Assembly: GCA_007121385.1 (NCBI GenBank)
Contig: SKLV01000116.1
Location: 1 to 62,429, forward strand
From: Bdellovibrionales bacterium
GTDB lineage: Bacteria > Bdellovibrionota > Bdellovibrionia > Bdellovibrionales > UBA1609
Direction of reading: 5' to 3'
Length of the DNA stretch: 62,429 bases
A program made the translations under genes and the position numbers. The notes beneath the pieces are model-generated. The model was not told the DNA's origin and did not search any database. It saw only the letters and a list, made by a program, of their open reading frames with translations. The stretch's first letter is position 1, and each line of letters starts with the position of its first letter. Positions 9,094 to 19,719 of the stretch are shown piece by piece.

Positions 9094-9750
9094 CTAAAGC
9101 CTCAACTTGGAGTTATTAGAATATATTTCCGACACATCCACATGACGATACTGATCATACTTATAGCGCATTTTAAAAAGTCGAGCGATCAGCTTCTGTC
9201 TTCCCTCCGGCTGATCCGCCTCCGCCATTTTCTTTACCCCTTTGACCTCTTTCAGGATGAACTTATTGACCTCGGGGGGATGAAAGCAAAAGGCCCGAGC
9301 AAAAACAAAGTGATCCTCGTGGGGGATGATTCGAGCTTCAAAAAAAGCATATCGATCAAAGCCCTCTGTCACAGAGGACTCGGCCACTATATGCTTATAA
9401 CCAGAAAACAAATCTTTAATATGAATTTCTGAGCCCTTGGACTTTATAAATTCAAATAAACTGTGGCGATGATGACGGAGATTGGTATAAAAGGCGAATT
9501 CTTCATTAGGGATCTCATACTCCCTGCCCTCAGCCACTTTTACAACAGGTGGCTCTTGCCCCTGACTGAGAGGGCGAGTGAAGACATACCAGTCCATGAA
9601 TTGAGCAGCCTTGACTTCAAAATCCTCACTGGACTCATCAAAAACACCAGCTCGCTCAAAAAATTCCTTTTTTGCCTGGATCACTTCAGGAGTATAATCT
9701 CCTGAACTGAAGTGCTGCATGATTTTTTCAACTAAACTGTCATAAATCAT
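9094..9750 (-). CDS. Uncharacterised 218-aa protein inserted between carA and carB
   Basis: Clean ORF whose start overlaps the carA stop by 4 nt. Its stop codon is separated from the carB start by a single nucleotide. I recognise no motif. No TM or signal peptide. Confidence 0.7.
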   Translation of the reverse strand: MIYDSLVEKIMQHFSSGDYTPEVIQAKKEFFERAGVFDESSEDFEVKAAQFMDWYVFTRPLSQGQEPPVVKVAEGREYEIPNEEFAFYTNLRHHRHSLFEFIKSKGSEIHIKDLFSGYKHIVAESSVTEGFDRYAFFEARIIPHEDHFVFARAFCFHPPEVNKFILKEVKGVKKMAEADQPEGRQKLIARLFKMRYKYDQYRHVDVSEIYSNNSKLRL

Positions 9751-10820
9751 TTTAACTGCTTCACAAAAAAGTCAAAGAGGACATCAGCATCGCGAGGGCC
9801 AGGGTGGCTCTCCGGGTGAAACTGAACCCCTAGGCAGTTCATGTGTTGGGAGTAAATTCCCGCCACACTGTCATCATTTAAATTTCGATGGGTGACCTGC
9901 ACCGAGTCCGGCAAGCTGTCCTCCACCACAGCATACCCATGATTCTGACTGGTCACATAGACTTGGTTGAGAAGAAGATCCTTGATGGGGTGATTGCTGC
10001 CCCGATGGCCAAACTTAAGTTTATAGGTTTTTCCTCCCAAAGCCCGGGCCAAAATCTGATGCCCCATACAAATGCCAAAAATAAACTTTCGGCCAAGAAG
10101 CTCCGCCACCGTCTCGGCCACCGACTCCACTTTCTCTGGGTCTCCGGGGCCATTGGAGAGAAAGACACCATCAGGATTCCAGGCTAGGATGGACTCTGCT
10201 GGAGTTCGACAGGGAAACACTCGGAGGACTGAGCACCGAGCCTTCAGCTCCCGAAGGCTATTTTCTTTACAGCCAAAATCCAACACCGCCACTCTGGGTC
10301 CCTGTGGTAAGTCACCCTCAATGTCTTCTACCTCAGAGCGACTGACCGCATAGACCCAGTCCTTAGCCCCCTGCTGAGCCTGCTCAATCAATTTGTGCCC
10401 TCGGGACAATGCCTCCTTGGGGTCCTCACAGGAGACCATGGCCCCCCAGCAAGTCCCTTTTTCCCGCAGAAGAAGAGTAAGAGCCCGAGTGTCTAGCTGA
10501 CTCATAGTGGCCACGCCGAACTTATTGAGCCTCTCTTGCCAGGCGCACTCTCTCTCTGACTCCTGTAAAATTAAACAGACAAAGCCGGAAATCCACAGCT
10601 GTCGGGACTCCCACACAGAGGGGTCCGCTCCATAATTCCCCTGCATGGGAGCTGTGGCGACCAAAATCTGTTGAAAGTAGGAGGGATCCGTAGCCATTTC
10701 CTCATAGCCACTGTGTGAGGTATTGAAGACCACTTCACCGGCCCTTTCCTGCCCTCCATGCCACAGGCCCGGAAAACATTCTCCCGAGTCCAAGACAAGG
10801 TAGGCTGGCCCTTGATTCAC
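9747..10820 (-). CDS. carA: Carbamoyl-phosphate synthase small (glutaminase) subunit
   Basis: 357 aa. Class-I GATase triad context GICMGHQIL ... VQFHPES, with an N-terminal CPSase small-chain domain. Confidence 0.95.
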   Translation of the reverse strand: MNQGPAYLVLDSGECFPGLWHGGQERAGEVVFNTSHSGYEEMATDPSYFQQILVATAPMQGNYGADPSVWESRQLWISGFVCLILQESERECAWQERLNKFGVATMSQLDTRALTLLLREKGTCWGAMVSCEDPKEALSRGHKLIEQAQQGAKDWVYAVSRSEVEDIEGDLPQGPRVAVLDFGCKENSLRELKARCSVLRVFPCRTPAESILAWNPDGVFLSNGPGDPEKVESVAETVAELLGRKFIFGICMGHQILARALGGKTYKLKFGHRGSNHPIKDLLLNQVYVTSQNHGYAVVEDSLPDSVQVTHRNLNDDSVAGIYSQHMNCLGVQFHPESHPGPRDADVLFDFFVKQLK

Positions 10821-11788
10821 TGTTTATTCACCTCAAGTCCGAGCATGGCCGTCAGTAAGGCCGCTCGAATAAAGACACCGTTGCTCACTTGATCCAGTAT
10901 TTTATTACGAGGATCTCGAAGCACCGCTGATGAAATTTCGATGCCCCGGATCACTGGCCCTGGGTGAAGAAGAAGCCCATCTTTTTGTAAGTGCTCTAAC
11001 TGACTGGTGCCGATTCTGTACCGCTCACGATACTCGGCCATGGAAAGTCCTATCCCCTTAGAGGTGTGTCTTTCCTTTTGAATTCTCAAGCCCATACAGA
11101 CCGTGGCCCACCTAAGAGCCTCCTCCAAGTCATCAAAACGCTGCACCGACTTCCACCGACCATCCTTCGGCGCAAATTCAGGGGGAGCGCAATAGGCCAC
11201 CTCAGCTCCCATCTGCATCAACAAAGTTAAATTAGAGTTGGCCACACGGCTGTGTAAAACATCCCCCACAATCACCACTCGTTGCTGATCTAGGCTGCCT
11301 CTATTCTCCAAAATTGTAAATGCATCCAGAAGAGCCTGAGAGGGGTGCTCCCGAGCCCCACTTCCCGCATTGATCACTGGGCACTCCAGCTCAGAAATAG
11401 CCTCATCCAACTCGTCAGAAGCTCCATAGCGCACACAGAGAACGTCAGGCCCCATAGCCGCGATATTTCTCATTGTATCGGCCAAACTTTCACCCTTACT
11501 CACGCTGGAAATCGCCAAGTTGTCAAAGGTGGTCGCTTTAATCCCTATACGATAGGCTGCCAGCTGGAAGCTCAGTCGAGTTCGTGTGCTGGGCTCAAAA
11601 AAGGCCGCCACAAGCACTTTTTGATCAATTCCATCCCCGGTGACTAAATGATTGAACCGCCCCCTTTTTGTAAACTCCTCTTTAAAGAGACGAGCACGGT
11701 CAAAAATGGACTCGATTTCATCTGGGGAAAGCTGACTGGTTGACAGAAAGTGCTTGGAATTAAGATTCATCGCCAGAACTATACTCAA
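10817..11788 (-). CDS. pyrB: Aspartate carbamoyltransferase catalytic subunit
   Basis: FEPSTRTRLSF carbamoyl-phosphate motif, HPSQALLD, and LHPGP. The TTG start at 11788 has AGGAAGGG 6 nt upstream. An alternative ATG lies at 11770. Confidence 0.95.
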   Translation of the reverse strand: MSIVLAMNLNSKHFLSTSQLSPDEIESIFDRARLFKEEFTKRGRFNHLVTGDGIDQKVLVAAFFEPSTRTRLSFQLAAYRIGIKATTFDNLAISSVSKGESLADTMRNIAAMGPDVLCVRYGASDELDEAISELECPVINAGSGAREHPSQALLDAFTILENRGSLDQQRVVIVGDVLHSRVANSNLTLLMQMGAEVAYCAPPEFAPKDGRWKSVQRFDDLEEALRWATVCMGLRIQKERHTSKGIGLSMAEYRERYRIGTSQLEHLQKDGLLLHPGPVIRGIEISSAVLRDPRNKILDQVSNGVFIRAALLTAMLGLEVNKQ

Positions 11789-11803
11789 ATCCCTTCCTGG
11801 CAG

Positions 11804-12412
11804 TCAATTGATCCACTGAAAAAGACGATTTCTGCGCAGGGCCGGCCATTTTTCCGACTCCGAGACCTCCCAATCCAAGGACAACCAAATTAAAAAAACT
11901 CTCCCCTCAAGCTCATTCACGGCCACAGCCCCCCAGCGGCGAGAGTCCTCTTTAGCCATCAGGTCGTCTGAGAGGGCAAAGAAATGGCCTGGAGGGACCA
12001 CCACGGGACCATAGTTCGCCACAGAGGTCCCTGGTCCAGCCCCCTCCTTCTCCGCAGGTCTCTCGTTGACCCATAGCTCTCCATCACGCAGCTCCACCCG
12101 ATCCCCCTCCAAGGCTACAACCCGCTTGAGACAGGTGGACCTAAGCCTCCCTGGACAGCGAAAAACCACCACTTCCCCTCGATAGGGAGCTCTTCCTGCC
12201 CATTTTTGGTCTAAAAAAGGGATCCTCACCCCATAAGGCAACTTATAGGCCAAAACAAAGTCCCCTTTTAAAAGAGTCGGAGACATGGAGTCGCTGGGAA
12301 TTCTGTAGGCACTGACTACAAAAAAGCGCAAAAATAGGGCCAACAGGAGAGCGAGAATCAGGCTCTCTGCATACTCTCGAAGCACCAACTTTACGGAGTC
12401 ATTCAATCCCAT
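11804..12412 (-). CDS. lepB: Signal peptidase I paralogue 3 (short, divergent)
   Basis: 202 aa. Ser box PSDSMSPTL and Lys box LKRVVALEGD are present. The usual GDNRxxSxDSR box is degenerate (SDDLMAKEDSRRWG). Overlaps paralogue 2 by 14 nt. Confidence 0.8.
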   Translation of the reverse strand: MGLNDSVKLVLREYAESLILALLLALFLRFFVVSAYRIPSDSMSPTLLKGDFVLAYKLPYGVRIPFLDQKWAGRAPYRGEVVVFRCPGRLRSTCLKRVVALEGDRVELRDGELWVNERPAEKEGAGPGTSVANYGPVVVPPGHFFALSDDLMAKEDSRRWGAVAVNELEGRVFLIWLSLDWEVSESEKWPALRRNRLFQWIN

Positions 12413-13148
12413 GAAAAAAGCGGTTCCAACGCAGCTTCGCAGGATTGCAGAGAAAGGGCAAAAAGGGCAGGGTCTCTTCGCAGCTCAGCCACACAAACAA
12501 TGCCCTTCCCAGCAGCTTATCTTCGGGCCAACTTCCCCAAGAACGGCTATCCTTAGAATTGTCTCGACTATCCCCCATCAAAAAAATATGCCCCTCGGGC
12601 ACTTTATAGGGCTGATCTCCCCAGCGAAAACTCTGTTCTATATACATAACCCTGTAGGGGCCTAATCCAAGGTCTTCTTCATAGAGACGAAAGGCAGAAA
12701 AAGGCCCGCCAAGGTCATGGGGAGTCGCTGGATAGTAGGGCTCCTGCCCCTCCCCTGGAGAGGGAAGAGGTTTGCGAGAGAGGGCCTCCCCATTGATAAG
12801 AATCTCCCCTTCCGAGGTGTACTCAACCTCATCTCCACCAATCGCCACCACTCTCTTAATCATAAAGTACTCTGACCGACTAAAGCCTTCCGATTCATGA
12901 AAGCGAAAGACCACCACCTCTCCCCGCTGTGGTCCACTCCGCTTCCAAATCCACCGATCCGTGAAGGGCACTCGAACCCCATAGGCCATCTTATTCACCA
13001 AAATATGATCGTGAATCAAAAGGGTGGGAATCATGCTTCCGGAAGGAATGACATAGGGCTCTATGAGAAGCCAGCGCAGAGTGAGAATGGCTAAAATAGC
13101 CAAACCGAAGGAGAGAAAACTCGAACCCAAACCTGGCTTTTCTTGCAT
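12399..13148 (-). CDS. lepB: Signal peptidase I paralogue 2
   Basis: 249 aa with PSGSMIPTL, IKRVVAIGGD and GDSRDNSKDSRSWG boxes. Confidence 0.9.
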   Translation of the reverse strand: MQEKPGLGSSFLSFGLAILAILTLRWLLIEPYVIPSGSMIPTLLIHDHILVNKMAYGVRVPFTDRWIWKRSGPQRGEVVVFRFHESEGFSRSEYFMIKRVVAIGGDEVEYTSEGEILINGEALSRKPLPSPGEGQEPYYPATPHDLGGPFSAFRLYEEDLGLGPYRVMYIEQSFRWGDQPYKVPEGHIFLMGDSRDNSKDSRSWGSWPEDKLLGRALFVWLSCEETLPFLPFLCNPAKLRWNRFFHGIE

Positions 13149-13171
13149 CTCAAACGCCCCTTCTCTGACCC

Positions 13172-13924
13172 TTAGTGTATGCTATGGAAAAATCGCCGCC
13201 AGCGCAAATGCAGAGGATGGCACAAAAAGGTCACCACAGGGAGAGTTTTTTCACAACTTAACCACACGAACATAGCCCGACCCACCAAATAGTCTCTGGG
13301 AACAAAGCGCTTGTCCTCATCCCAAGCCCGACTGTCTTGGGAGTTGTCCCGATTGTCTCCCAATACAAAAAAGTGGCCAGGAGGCACTGTAAAGGGACCA
13401 AAAGCTAAGTTCACCGGATCCCCTCGGCGCAGTAAGGTGCTGTAAGAGTGATCTCCCAAATTTTCTTGCCAATGAACATAGTTGGCCAGCCCCCCCAAGC
13501 TCTCCTCTCCCGGAAAATCCTCGTTGCGCAGCCATGCAAAGTCATCAACCACTTCTTGAGGCACTCTCCTTTCAATCAGCTGATCATTGACATAGAGATT
13601 GCCATTTTCATAAAAGACCCTATCCCCTCCGAGGGCCACAACCCTCTTGATGTAAAACTGACTGAGGTCCTGAGGATATTTAAAGACCACGACCTCCCCG
13701 TGCTGAGGCTCCCCCCAGCGAAACATCCACCTCTCAGTAAAAGGCACTCGAACACCATAAACCACCTTATTGACGAAAATGTGGTCACGAATCAGCAGAG
13801 AGGGGAGCATACTGCCCGAGGGAATCACATAGGCCTCCATAAAAGCCCAGCGGATAAAGAGAGCAATGGCAATGGCGATGATAAAAGAGCCGAGTCCCTC
13901 AGTCCAAAACCTCTTACTCCCCAC
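13172..13924 (-). CDS. lepB: Signal peptidase I paralogue 1
   Basis: 250 aa with PSGSMLPSL, IKRVVALGGD and GDNRDNSQDSRAWD boxes. Lies directly downstream of lepA, the classic lepA-lepB arrangement. Confidence 0.9.
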   Translation of the reverse strand: MGSKRFWTEGLGSFIIAIAIALFIRWAFMEAYVIPSGSMLPSLLIRDHIFVNKVVYGVRVPFTERWMFRWGEPQHGEVVVFKYPQDLSQFYIKRVVALGGDRVFYENGNLYVNDQLIERRVPQEVVDDFAWLRNEDFPGEESLGGLANYVHWQENLGDHSYSTLLRRGDPVNLAFGPFTVPPGHFFVLGDNRDNSQDSRAWDEDKRFVPRDYLVGRAMFVWLSCEKTLPVVTFLCHPLHLRWRRFFHSIH

Positions 13925-13929
13925 CAGGC

Positions 13930-15729
13930 TCAGTCCTCCACCTTGAGAATGGCCAGGAAAGCCTCCTGAGGCACCTCCACCCGACCAATTTGCTTCATTC
14001 TCTTTTTTCCCTCTTTTTGCTTTTCCAGCAGCTTCCGCTTTCTACTAATATCCCCTCCATAACATTTCGCTGTCACATCTTTTCGCAGAGCCCCAATGGT
14101 CTCACGGGCGATGATCTTTGCCCCAACGGCGGCCTGAATCGCCACCTGAAACTGCTGCCGAGGAATCACCTCTTTCAGCTTGGCCACAAGGGCTCGCCCT
14201 CGCGCATAGGCCTTTGAGCGGTGGACAATCACCGATAAGGCATCAACGGGCTCGCCATTGAGCAGAATATCCATCTTGACCAAGTCCGCTGCCTCATAGC
14301 CTACCAATTCATATTCCATAGAGGCATAGCCTTTTGAAATGGACTTGAGACGATCATAAAAGTCCATCACCATTTCGTTGAGTGGCAGTTTGTACTCAAT
14401 CACCACCTTCACCGAGGTGATATACTCCATCTTCTGCTGAATTCCCCGCTTGTCCTCACACAGCTTAAGAATGCCCCCGATGTACTCCGAAGGAGTGTGT
14501 AAGCTCAGTTTGACGTAGGGCTCTTCTAAGCGTTCAATCAGGGTGACCTGGGGTAATTGTGCCGGATTTTCCAGCTCCATCATTTCTCCAGAGTGAGTAA
14601 ACACTCTGTACACCACAGAGGGAGCCGTGGTGATCAAGTCCAGGTTGAACTCTCGCTCCAGCCGCTCCTGGACAATTTCCATATGCAGAAGCCCTAAAAA
14701 GCCGCAGCGAAAACCAAAGCCCAAGGCCGCCGATTTTTCCGTTTCAAAACTCAAGCTGGAGTCATTGAGAGAAAGCTTTTCCAAGGCCTCTTTGAGAGCC
14801 TCAAAGTCTGAGGATTCCACGGGAAAGATACCTGAAAACACCATGGGCTTCATGGGCTGAAAGCCAGGCAAAGGCTCCCGAGCTCCCTGCTTGGCATGAG
14901 TGACTGTGTCGCCCACCTTGACGTCACGAATGTCCTTTATGCCACAAATAAAAAAGCCCACCTCTCCCGCTTCCAGAACTTCCATGGGCCGGGAAAAGGG
15001 GGCAAAAACCCCCATCTTTAAAATTTCATAGGTGCGATCGGTTTGCATGAAGCGAATTTGATCACCCACCCTCACTCGACCATCCACAATCCGACACAGG
15101 ACAATAACCCCTTGATAGACATCAAACCAAGAGTCAAAGATAAGAGCTCGTAAGGGCTTCTCCCGATCCGCTTGGGGCGGGGGAATTTTTTTTACAATGG
15201 CCTCTAGGATTTCATGAATGCCTTTCATCTCTTTGGCACTCGCCAATATCGCCTCTGAGGCATCTAAGCCAATGGCATCCTCAATTTGCGCCCTAACGCC
15301 CTCTGGATCGGCTGCTGGCAAATCAATTTTGTTAATTACCGGAATGATTTCCAAATTGTTTTCCAAAGCCAAGTAAACATTGGCCAGAGTTTGAGCCTCC
15401 ACTCCCTGGGCCGCATCCACCACCAAAAGAGCCCCTTCACAGGCCGCCAATGAGCGGGACACCTCATAGGAAAAGTCCACATGTCCAGGGGTGTCGATTA
15501 AGTTGATCTGGTATTCCTGGCCATCTTCCGCTTTATAGTTCAGCCTCACCGTTTGGGCTTTGATGGTAATGCCCCTTTCCCTCTCCAAATCCATATTGTC
15601 GAGAAATTGGCTCTTTTTCTCTCGATCGGAGAGGGTCCCTGTCTCTTGCAAAAGACAATCTGCCAAGGTGGATTTACCATGGTCGATATGGGCAATAATT
15701 GAAAAGTTCCTGATCTGCTCAGGTTTCAT
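13930..15729 (-). CDS. lepA: Elongation factor 4 (LepA)
   Basis: 599 aa. G motifs [19 protein letters not shown]-terminal LepA-specific region present. Confidence 0.97.
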   Translation of the reverse strand: MKPEQIRNFSIIAHIDHGKSTLADCLLQETGTLSDREKKSQFLDNMDLERERGITIKAQTVRLNYKAEDGQEYQINLIDTPGHVDFSYEVSRSLAACEGALLVVDAAQGVEAQTLANVYLALENNLEIIPVINKIDLPAADPEGVRAQIEDAIGLDASEAILASAKEMKGIHEILEAIVKKIPPPQADREKPLRALIFDSWFDVYQGVIVLCRIVDGRVRVGDQIRFMQTDRTYEILKMGVFAPFSRPMEVLEAGEVGFFICGIKDIRDVKVGDTVTHAKQGAREPLPGFQPMKPMVFSGIFPVESSDFEALKEALEKLSLNDSSLSFETEKSAALGFGFRCGFLGLLHMEIVQERLEREFNLDLITTAPSVVYRVFTHSGEMMELENPAQLPQVTLIERLEEPYVKLSLHTPSEYIGGILKLCEDKRGIQQKMEYITSVKVVIEYKLPLNEMVMDFYDRLKSISKGYASMEYELVGYEAADLVKMDILLNGEPVDALSVIVHRSKAYARGRALVAKLKEVIPRQQFQVAIQAAVGAKIIARETIGALRKDVTAKCYGGDISRKRKLLEKQKEGKKRMKQIGRVEVPQEAFLAILKVED

Positions 15730-15740
15730 AGCCGCCGAGG

Positions 15741-16895
15741 TTAAAGCCCCTTCACGGCTTCACGCAGGGCCTCCACTTTGTCCACTCTTTCCCAGGTGAA
15801 CTCCGCCTCCTCGCGGCCAAAATGCCCGTAAGCCGCCGTGGGTCGAAAACGGGGTTTTAGGAGATCTAATTCGCGAATGATATCCGCCGGTTTCAAAGTC
15901 CAAACCCGACGGACGGCCTTCTCCAAAGTCTCCGGCCCCAGGGAGCTAGTTCCAAAGTCGTTGACCATCACACTCACCGGCTCAGCCACACCAATGGCGT
16001 AGGCCACCTGGACCAAACACTTCTCAGCTAAGCCTGCCGCCACCACATTTTTAGCAATATGCCGACAGGCATAGGTGGCCGATCGATCCACTTTGGAGGG
16101 GTCCTTCCCCGAAAAAGCTCCTCCACCATGAGCCCCGTGACCTCCATAGGTGTCCACAATGATTTTGCGACCTGTCAGACCGCAGTCACCTTGCGGTCCA
16201 CCAATCACAAAGCGCCCTGTGGGATTGATATGGAAACGAGTTTGTGAGTCCATCAGCTCCCTAGGCACCACTCGATTGATCAGCTCTTCCAAAATAAAGG
16301 ACTTTAACTGGTCCTGGCTCACATCAGGTGAATGCTGGGTGGAGATGACAATAGAGTCAATTCGCTTGACCTGCCCATCTTCATATTGAACCGTCACCTG
16401 GCTCTTGCTGTCCGGACGCAAAAATTGAACCCGCCCCGACTTTCTTAGGCCTGCTAACTCCCTCACCAGCTTGTGAGAGAGAGAAATGCTCAAAGGCATC
16501 AGCTCAGGAGTCTCATTGACCGCGTAGCCAAACATAATGCCTTGGTCCCCAGCCCCTTGATCCTGGCCATTGTCCACTCCCATGGCTATATCAGGACTCT
16601 GCTGGTCAATGGTGGCAAAAACAGCGCAAGAGTTGTAATCAAATCCCTTATCACTACTGTCGTAGCCAATGTCTTTGATGACATCTCGAACTGTTTTTTG
16701 CAGGTCCACATGGGCCTGGGTGCTGATTTCCCCGGCCAAAGTCACGAATCCAGTGGAGATCATTGTCTCACAGGCCACTCGGCTCTTGGGGTCTTGAGCC
16801 AAAAGAGCATCCAGGACAGCATCACTAATCTGATCGGCCATCTTATCCGGATGGCCCTCAGAGACAGACTCACTGGTGAAGAGAAAATTGCGCAT
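15741..16895 (-). CDS. metK: S-adenosylmethionine synthase
   Basis: 384 aa with [17 protein letters not shown] and GGGAFSGKD motifs. GAGGA Shine-Dalgarno 5 nt upstream of the ATG. Confidence 0.97.
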   Translation of the reverse strand: MRNFLFTSESVSEGHPDKMADQISDAVLDALLAQDPKSRVACETMISTGFVTLAGEISTQAHVDLQKTVRDVIKDIGYDSSDKGFDYNSCAVFATIDQQSPDIAMGVDNGQDQGAGDQGIMFGYAVNETPELMPLSISLSHKLVRELAGLRKSGRVQFLRPDSKSQVTVQYEDGQVKRIDSIVISTQHSPDVSQDQLKSFILEELINRVVPRELMDSQTRFHINPTGRFVIGGPQGDCGLTGRKIIVDTYGGHGAHGGGAFSGKDPSKVDRSATYACRHIAKNVVAAGLAEKCLVQVAYAIGVAEPVSVMVNDFGTSSLGPETLEKAVRRVWTLKPADIIRELDLLKPRFRPTAAYGHFGREEAEFTWERVDKVEALREAVKGL

Positions 16896-16903
16896 AGATC
16901 CTC

Positions 16904-16953
16904 AGTTCCCCAAAAAAATTAATAATAAAGATCAATCAGAGAACTGGGGAACT
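16904..16953 (-). promoter_or_regulatory. 9-bp stem / 32-nt AT-rich loop hairpin in the metK leader, with its 3' arm abutting the metK Shine-Dalgarno
   Basis: AGTTCCCCA (16904-16912) and TGGGGAACT (16945-16953) are exact reverse complements. On the mRNA strand the 3' arm is immediately followed by GAGGATCT-ATG. Confidence 0.3.
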
Positions 16954-17016
16954 TAACAATAGGTCGCCATAGGGGTCAACTGGGAAAGTCCCCCCAAGGC
17001 CACCCAAAAGTTGGAT

Positions 17017-17361
17017 CTAGGCGGCGGTCTTCCTCCATCTCTCCACCTTCTCCCAATGGGTGTTGGGATAACACTTGTGATCTTGAATACGGCTCTTTTT
17101 CCTGGCCATTTGCCGAGCCATTCTCTCTAGGGCCACATCGATGGCCTCGTAAAAGCTCTCCCCAAAGGCTCGGGCTCTCAGCCTCATGTCTCCACTGCGC
17201 AAATGAAGGTCCGCTTGATGTTCATTGTGCCCCGCAACAAATGTCACTGAGATCTCTACGGGCTTCGTCTGAAACTTTCTCAGACGGAAAACCCTCTCCT
17301 CAAAGTAATCCACCAAGTCATCGGACCAAGACATTTTACGGAATTGATAGTCGAGCCTCAT
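17017..17361 (-). CDS. hpf: Ribosome hibernation promoting factor (short HPF/YhbH, sigma-54 modulation protein family)
   Basis: S30EA-type sequence (VEISVTFVAGHNEHQADLHLRSGDMRLRARA...FYEAIDVALERMARQMARKK) in the canonical position after rpoN. I use the ATG at 17361, which has an AAAGGGGA Shine-Dalgarno, rather than the TTG-extended track start at 17412. Confidence 0.85.
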   Translation of the reverse strand: MRLDYQFRKMSWSDDLVDYFEERVFRLRKFQTKPVEISVTFVAGHNEHQADLHLRSGDMRLRARAFGESFYEAIDVALERMARQMARKKSRIQDHKCYPNTHWEKVERWRKTAA

Positions 17362-17541
17362 GGAATCCCCTTTCTGATCATGTTCTACATACCTGAGAAC
17401 AGTATCCGCCAAATCCGCGACTAGAGCGAGACCTGGGGCTGTCGATTCTCAGTCTGAGACAGAAAAAAGCTTTAGACCTCTGCGGTATGTTGACAAAAAG
17501 CAGTAGGGCTAAGAGCGGGGAAGTCCCAAGGCTCTCTCTTT

Positions 17542-18984
17542 TTAAAAGAATTTTTTTCGCTTTGAGGAAGGCAAAATCTTAAGCATATCTCGATATTTAG
17601 CTACAGTTCTGCGAGCGATCTTGATGCCGTCGACTTTTAGCTTTTCCACCAAATCCTGATCGGAAAGTGGACTTTTAGGATCCTCCTGAGTCACCAGCTG
17701 CTTGATTTTGAGTTTGACCGACTCGCTGGCTAAGGAGTCCCCATCCGTCTTACTGATTCCCGAGTTAAAAAAGTACTTCAGCTCAAAAATCCCCTGGGGG
17801 GTGTGAACATACTTATTGGTGGTCACTCGACTCACTGTGGACTCGTGCATTCCGATATCCGCAGCGATGTCTTTTAAAATCATGGGCTTGATAAAAGCAG
17901 ATCCCTTATCAAAGAAATCTTTTTGATGCTTCACTATACTCTCAGTCACCTTATAAATAGTACGCTGTCGCTGATGAATGGACTTAATCAGCCAAACCGC
18001 CGACCGCAATTTATCCTGGATGTACTCCTGGGCATTGCCATCACTGGCCTTTCCCTCTGACTTGAGGATATTTTTATAGAGATTCGAGATTCTCAATCGT
18101 GGCAAGCCATCTTCATTGAGAGACACAACATATTCGTCTCCCACTTTGTAAACGTAAACATCAGGAGTGACAAACTGAACATCAGGAGTGACATAGGCCC
18201 GTCCTGGCTTGGGGTCCATGCTGTAAATGATCTTGCACATCTCCACCACATCGTTCAGCTCAAGACCCATCGCTTTGGCGATTCCACCATAGTTCTTTTT
18301 TTCCAAGTCACGGAGGTGGTCCTGGATCAGGCGAACTAAATCATGAGTGTCCTCTTCCAGATGCTTGGCTTGGATCAGCAGACACTCTTTGAGATCCCGA
18401 GCCCCCACACCCGGCGGATCAAACTCCTGCACAAAAGGTAAAATTTCCTCCAACTCCTGAGCATCAACCCCCTCATCCTCTGCGATCTTCTCAAGAGGAA
18501 CTTTAATGTAGCCATCGTCATCAATATAGCTGATCAAAACAGCGGCTAAGGTCTCCTCTTCATCATTGAACCCCCCCAAACTCAATTGCCACATGAGGTG
18601 ATCGTGGAGAGTCTGGCTTGCCGAAATGATGTTTTCATAATTCATGATCTCATCGCTGCCCCCAGCCAGGGACTGAGGAGCACGAGGGCTGTTGTCAATA
18701 TAACTTTCCCACTCAAACTCTTCTTGCTTGCGAGGGTCAGAATGATCCGAAAGCTCTGGGGCTGCGGTCACATCTTCCGCTGTCTGAGAGTCCATTTTAG
18801 AGGAAGGCTCATCCTCCATGGACTCCTGAAACTCCTCAAGAACCGGGTTCTCAACCAACTCCTTGCGAACCGCATTTTCCAGCTCCATACGTGAGAGCTG
18901 CAATAACTTGATGGCCTGTTGCAGCTGAGGTGTCATGCGCAGCTGCTGCGAGAGTTTGAGACTGGTTTTTAGTTGCATCGCCAT
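17542..18984 (-). CDS. rpoN: RNA polymerase sigma-54 factor
   Basis: 480 aa. Region I LKLSQQLRMTPQLQQAIKLLQLS, an acidic region II, a C-terminal HTH, and RpoN box ARRTVAKYR. Confidence 0.95.
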   Translation of the reverse strand: MAMQLKTSLKLSQQLRMTPQLQQAIKLLQLSRMELENAVRKELVENPVLEEFQESMEDEPSSKMDSQTAEDVTAAPELSDHSDPRKQEEFEWESYIDNSPRAPQSLAGGSDEIMNYENIISASQTLHDHLMWQLSLGGFNDEEETLAAVLISYIDDDGYIKVPLEKIAEDEGVDAQELEEILPFVQEFDPPGVGARDLKECLLIQAKHLEEDTHDLVRLIQDHLRDLEKKNYGGIAKAMGLELNDVVEMCKIIYSMDPKPGRAYVTPDVQFVTPDVYVYKVGDEYVVSLNEDGLPRLRISNLYKNILKSEGKASDGNAQEYIQDKLRSAVWLIKSIHQRQRTIYKVTESIVKHQKDFFDKGSAFIKPMILKDIAADIGMHESTVSRVTTNKYVHTPQGIFELKYFFNSGISKTDGDSLASESVKLKIKQLVTQEDPKSPLSDQDLVEKLKVDGIKIARRTVAKYRDMLKILPSSKRKKFF

Positions 18985-18996
18985 TCGATTACCCTT

Positions 18997-19719
18997 TTAG
19001 AGTCTAAAATTCTCACCCAAATAAAATTGACGCGCCACAGGAGAGTTGGCCACATCTTCTGCAGAGCCTTCTACTTCTATTTTACCTTCTTTTAAAATAT
19101 AAGCCCAGTCACAAATGCCCAAGGTTTCTCGAACATTGTGGTCTGTAATCAAAACTCCTATCCCCCGATTCTTGAGCTCCCGAATAATCCCCTGAATGTC
19201 CCCAACAGCAATGGGATCAATCCCCGCAAAGGGCTCATCAAGAAGTAGAAACTTGGGCTCTCCCGCCAGGGCTCGGGCAATCTCTACCCGGCGCCTCTCA
19301 CCTCCCGACAAAGCATAACCATAGCTGGACCGCACATGCTGCACACGAAAGTCATCCAGCAAAAGGTCCAGCTTCTCCTTGCGCTCAGCTGCCGAATGAC
19401 CATGGGCCTCCAAGGCCACAATGATATTCTCAGCCACCGTCAGGCGGCGAAAAATACTGGCCTCCTGAGGTAGATAGCTCAGGCCCATTCTGGCTCTTTG
19501 ATACATAGGTCTCTGGCCTATGGAAACTCCATCCAGAACAACATCTCCTTGATCAGGAGTGACCAGTCCTACCACCATATAAAAACTAGTGGTTTTTCCC
19601 GCACCATTGGGTCCCAAAAGACCAACAACTTGTCCACTCTCTATGGAGAAAGAGACCGACTTGACCACCTGTCTCTGTTTGAAACTCTTACTAATCCCGT
19701 TCACCTGAAGCTGGCTCAA
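18997..19719 (-). CDS. lptB: LPS export ABC transporter ATP-binding protein LptB
   Basis: [46 protein letters not shown]. Lies upstream of rpoN as in the conserved lptCAB-rpoN-hpf cluster. Confidence 0.95.
   Translation of the reverse strand: MSQLQVNGISKSFKQRQVVKSVSFSIESGQVVGLLGPNGAGKTTSFYMVVGLVTPDQGDVVLDGVSIGQRPMYQRARMGLSYLPQEASIFRRLTVAENIIVALEAHGHSAAERKEKLDLLLDDFRVQHVRSSYGYALSGGERRRVEIARALAGEPKFLLLDEPFAGIDPIAVGDIQGIIRELKNRGIGVLITDHNVRETLGICDWAYILKEGKIEVEGSAEDVANSPVARQFYLGENFRL

Noticed and set aside
16896-17016. A possible SAM riboswitch upstream of metK
   Set aside because: The spacer is only 121 nt, and I could not identify conserved cores of SAM-I, SAM-II, SAM-V or SAM/SAH classes by eye. 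Only a simple hairpin is supportable, and it is reported separately at low confidence.
17362-17412. A TTG-initiated 17-codon N-terminal extension of hpf in the ORF track
   Set aside because: The internal ATG at 17361 is preceded by a good AAAGGGGA Shine-Dalgarno and yields the typical ~114-aa short HPF. The extension has no ribosome-binding site.
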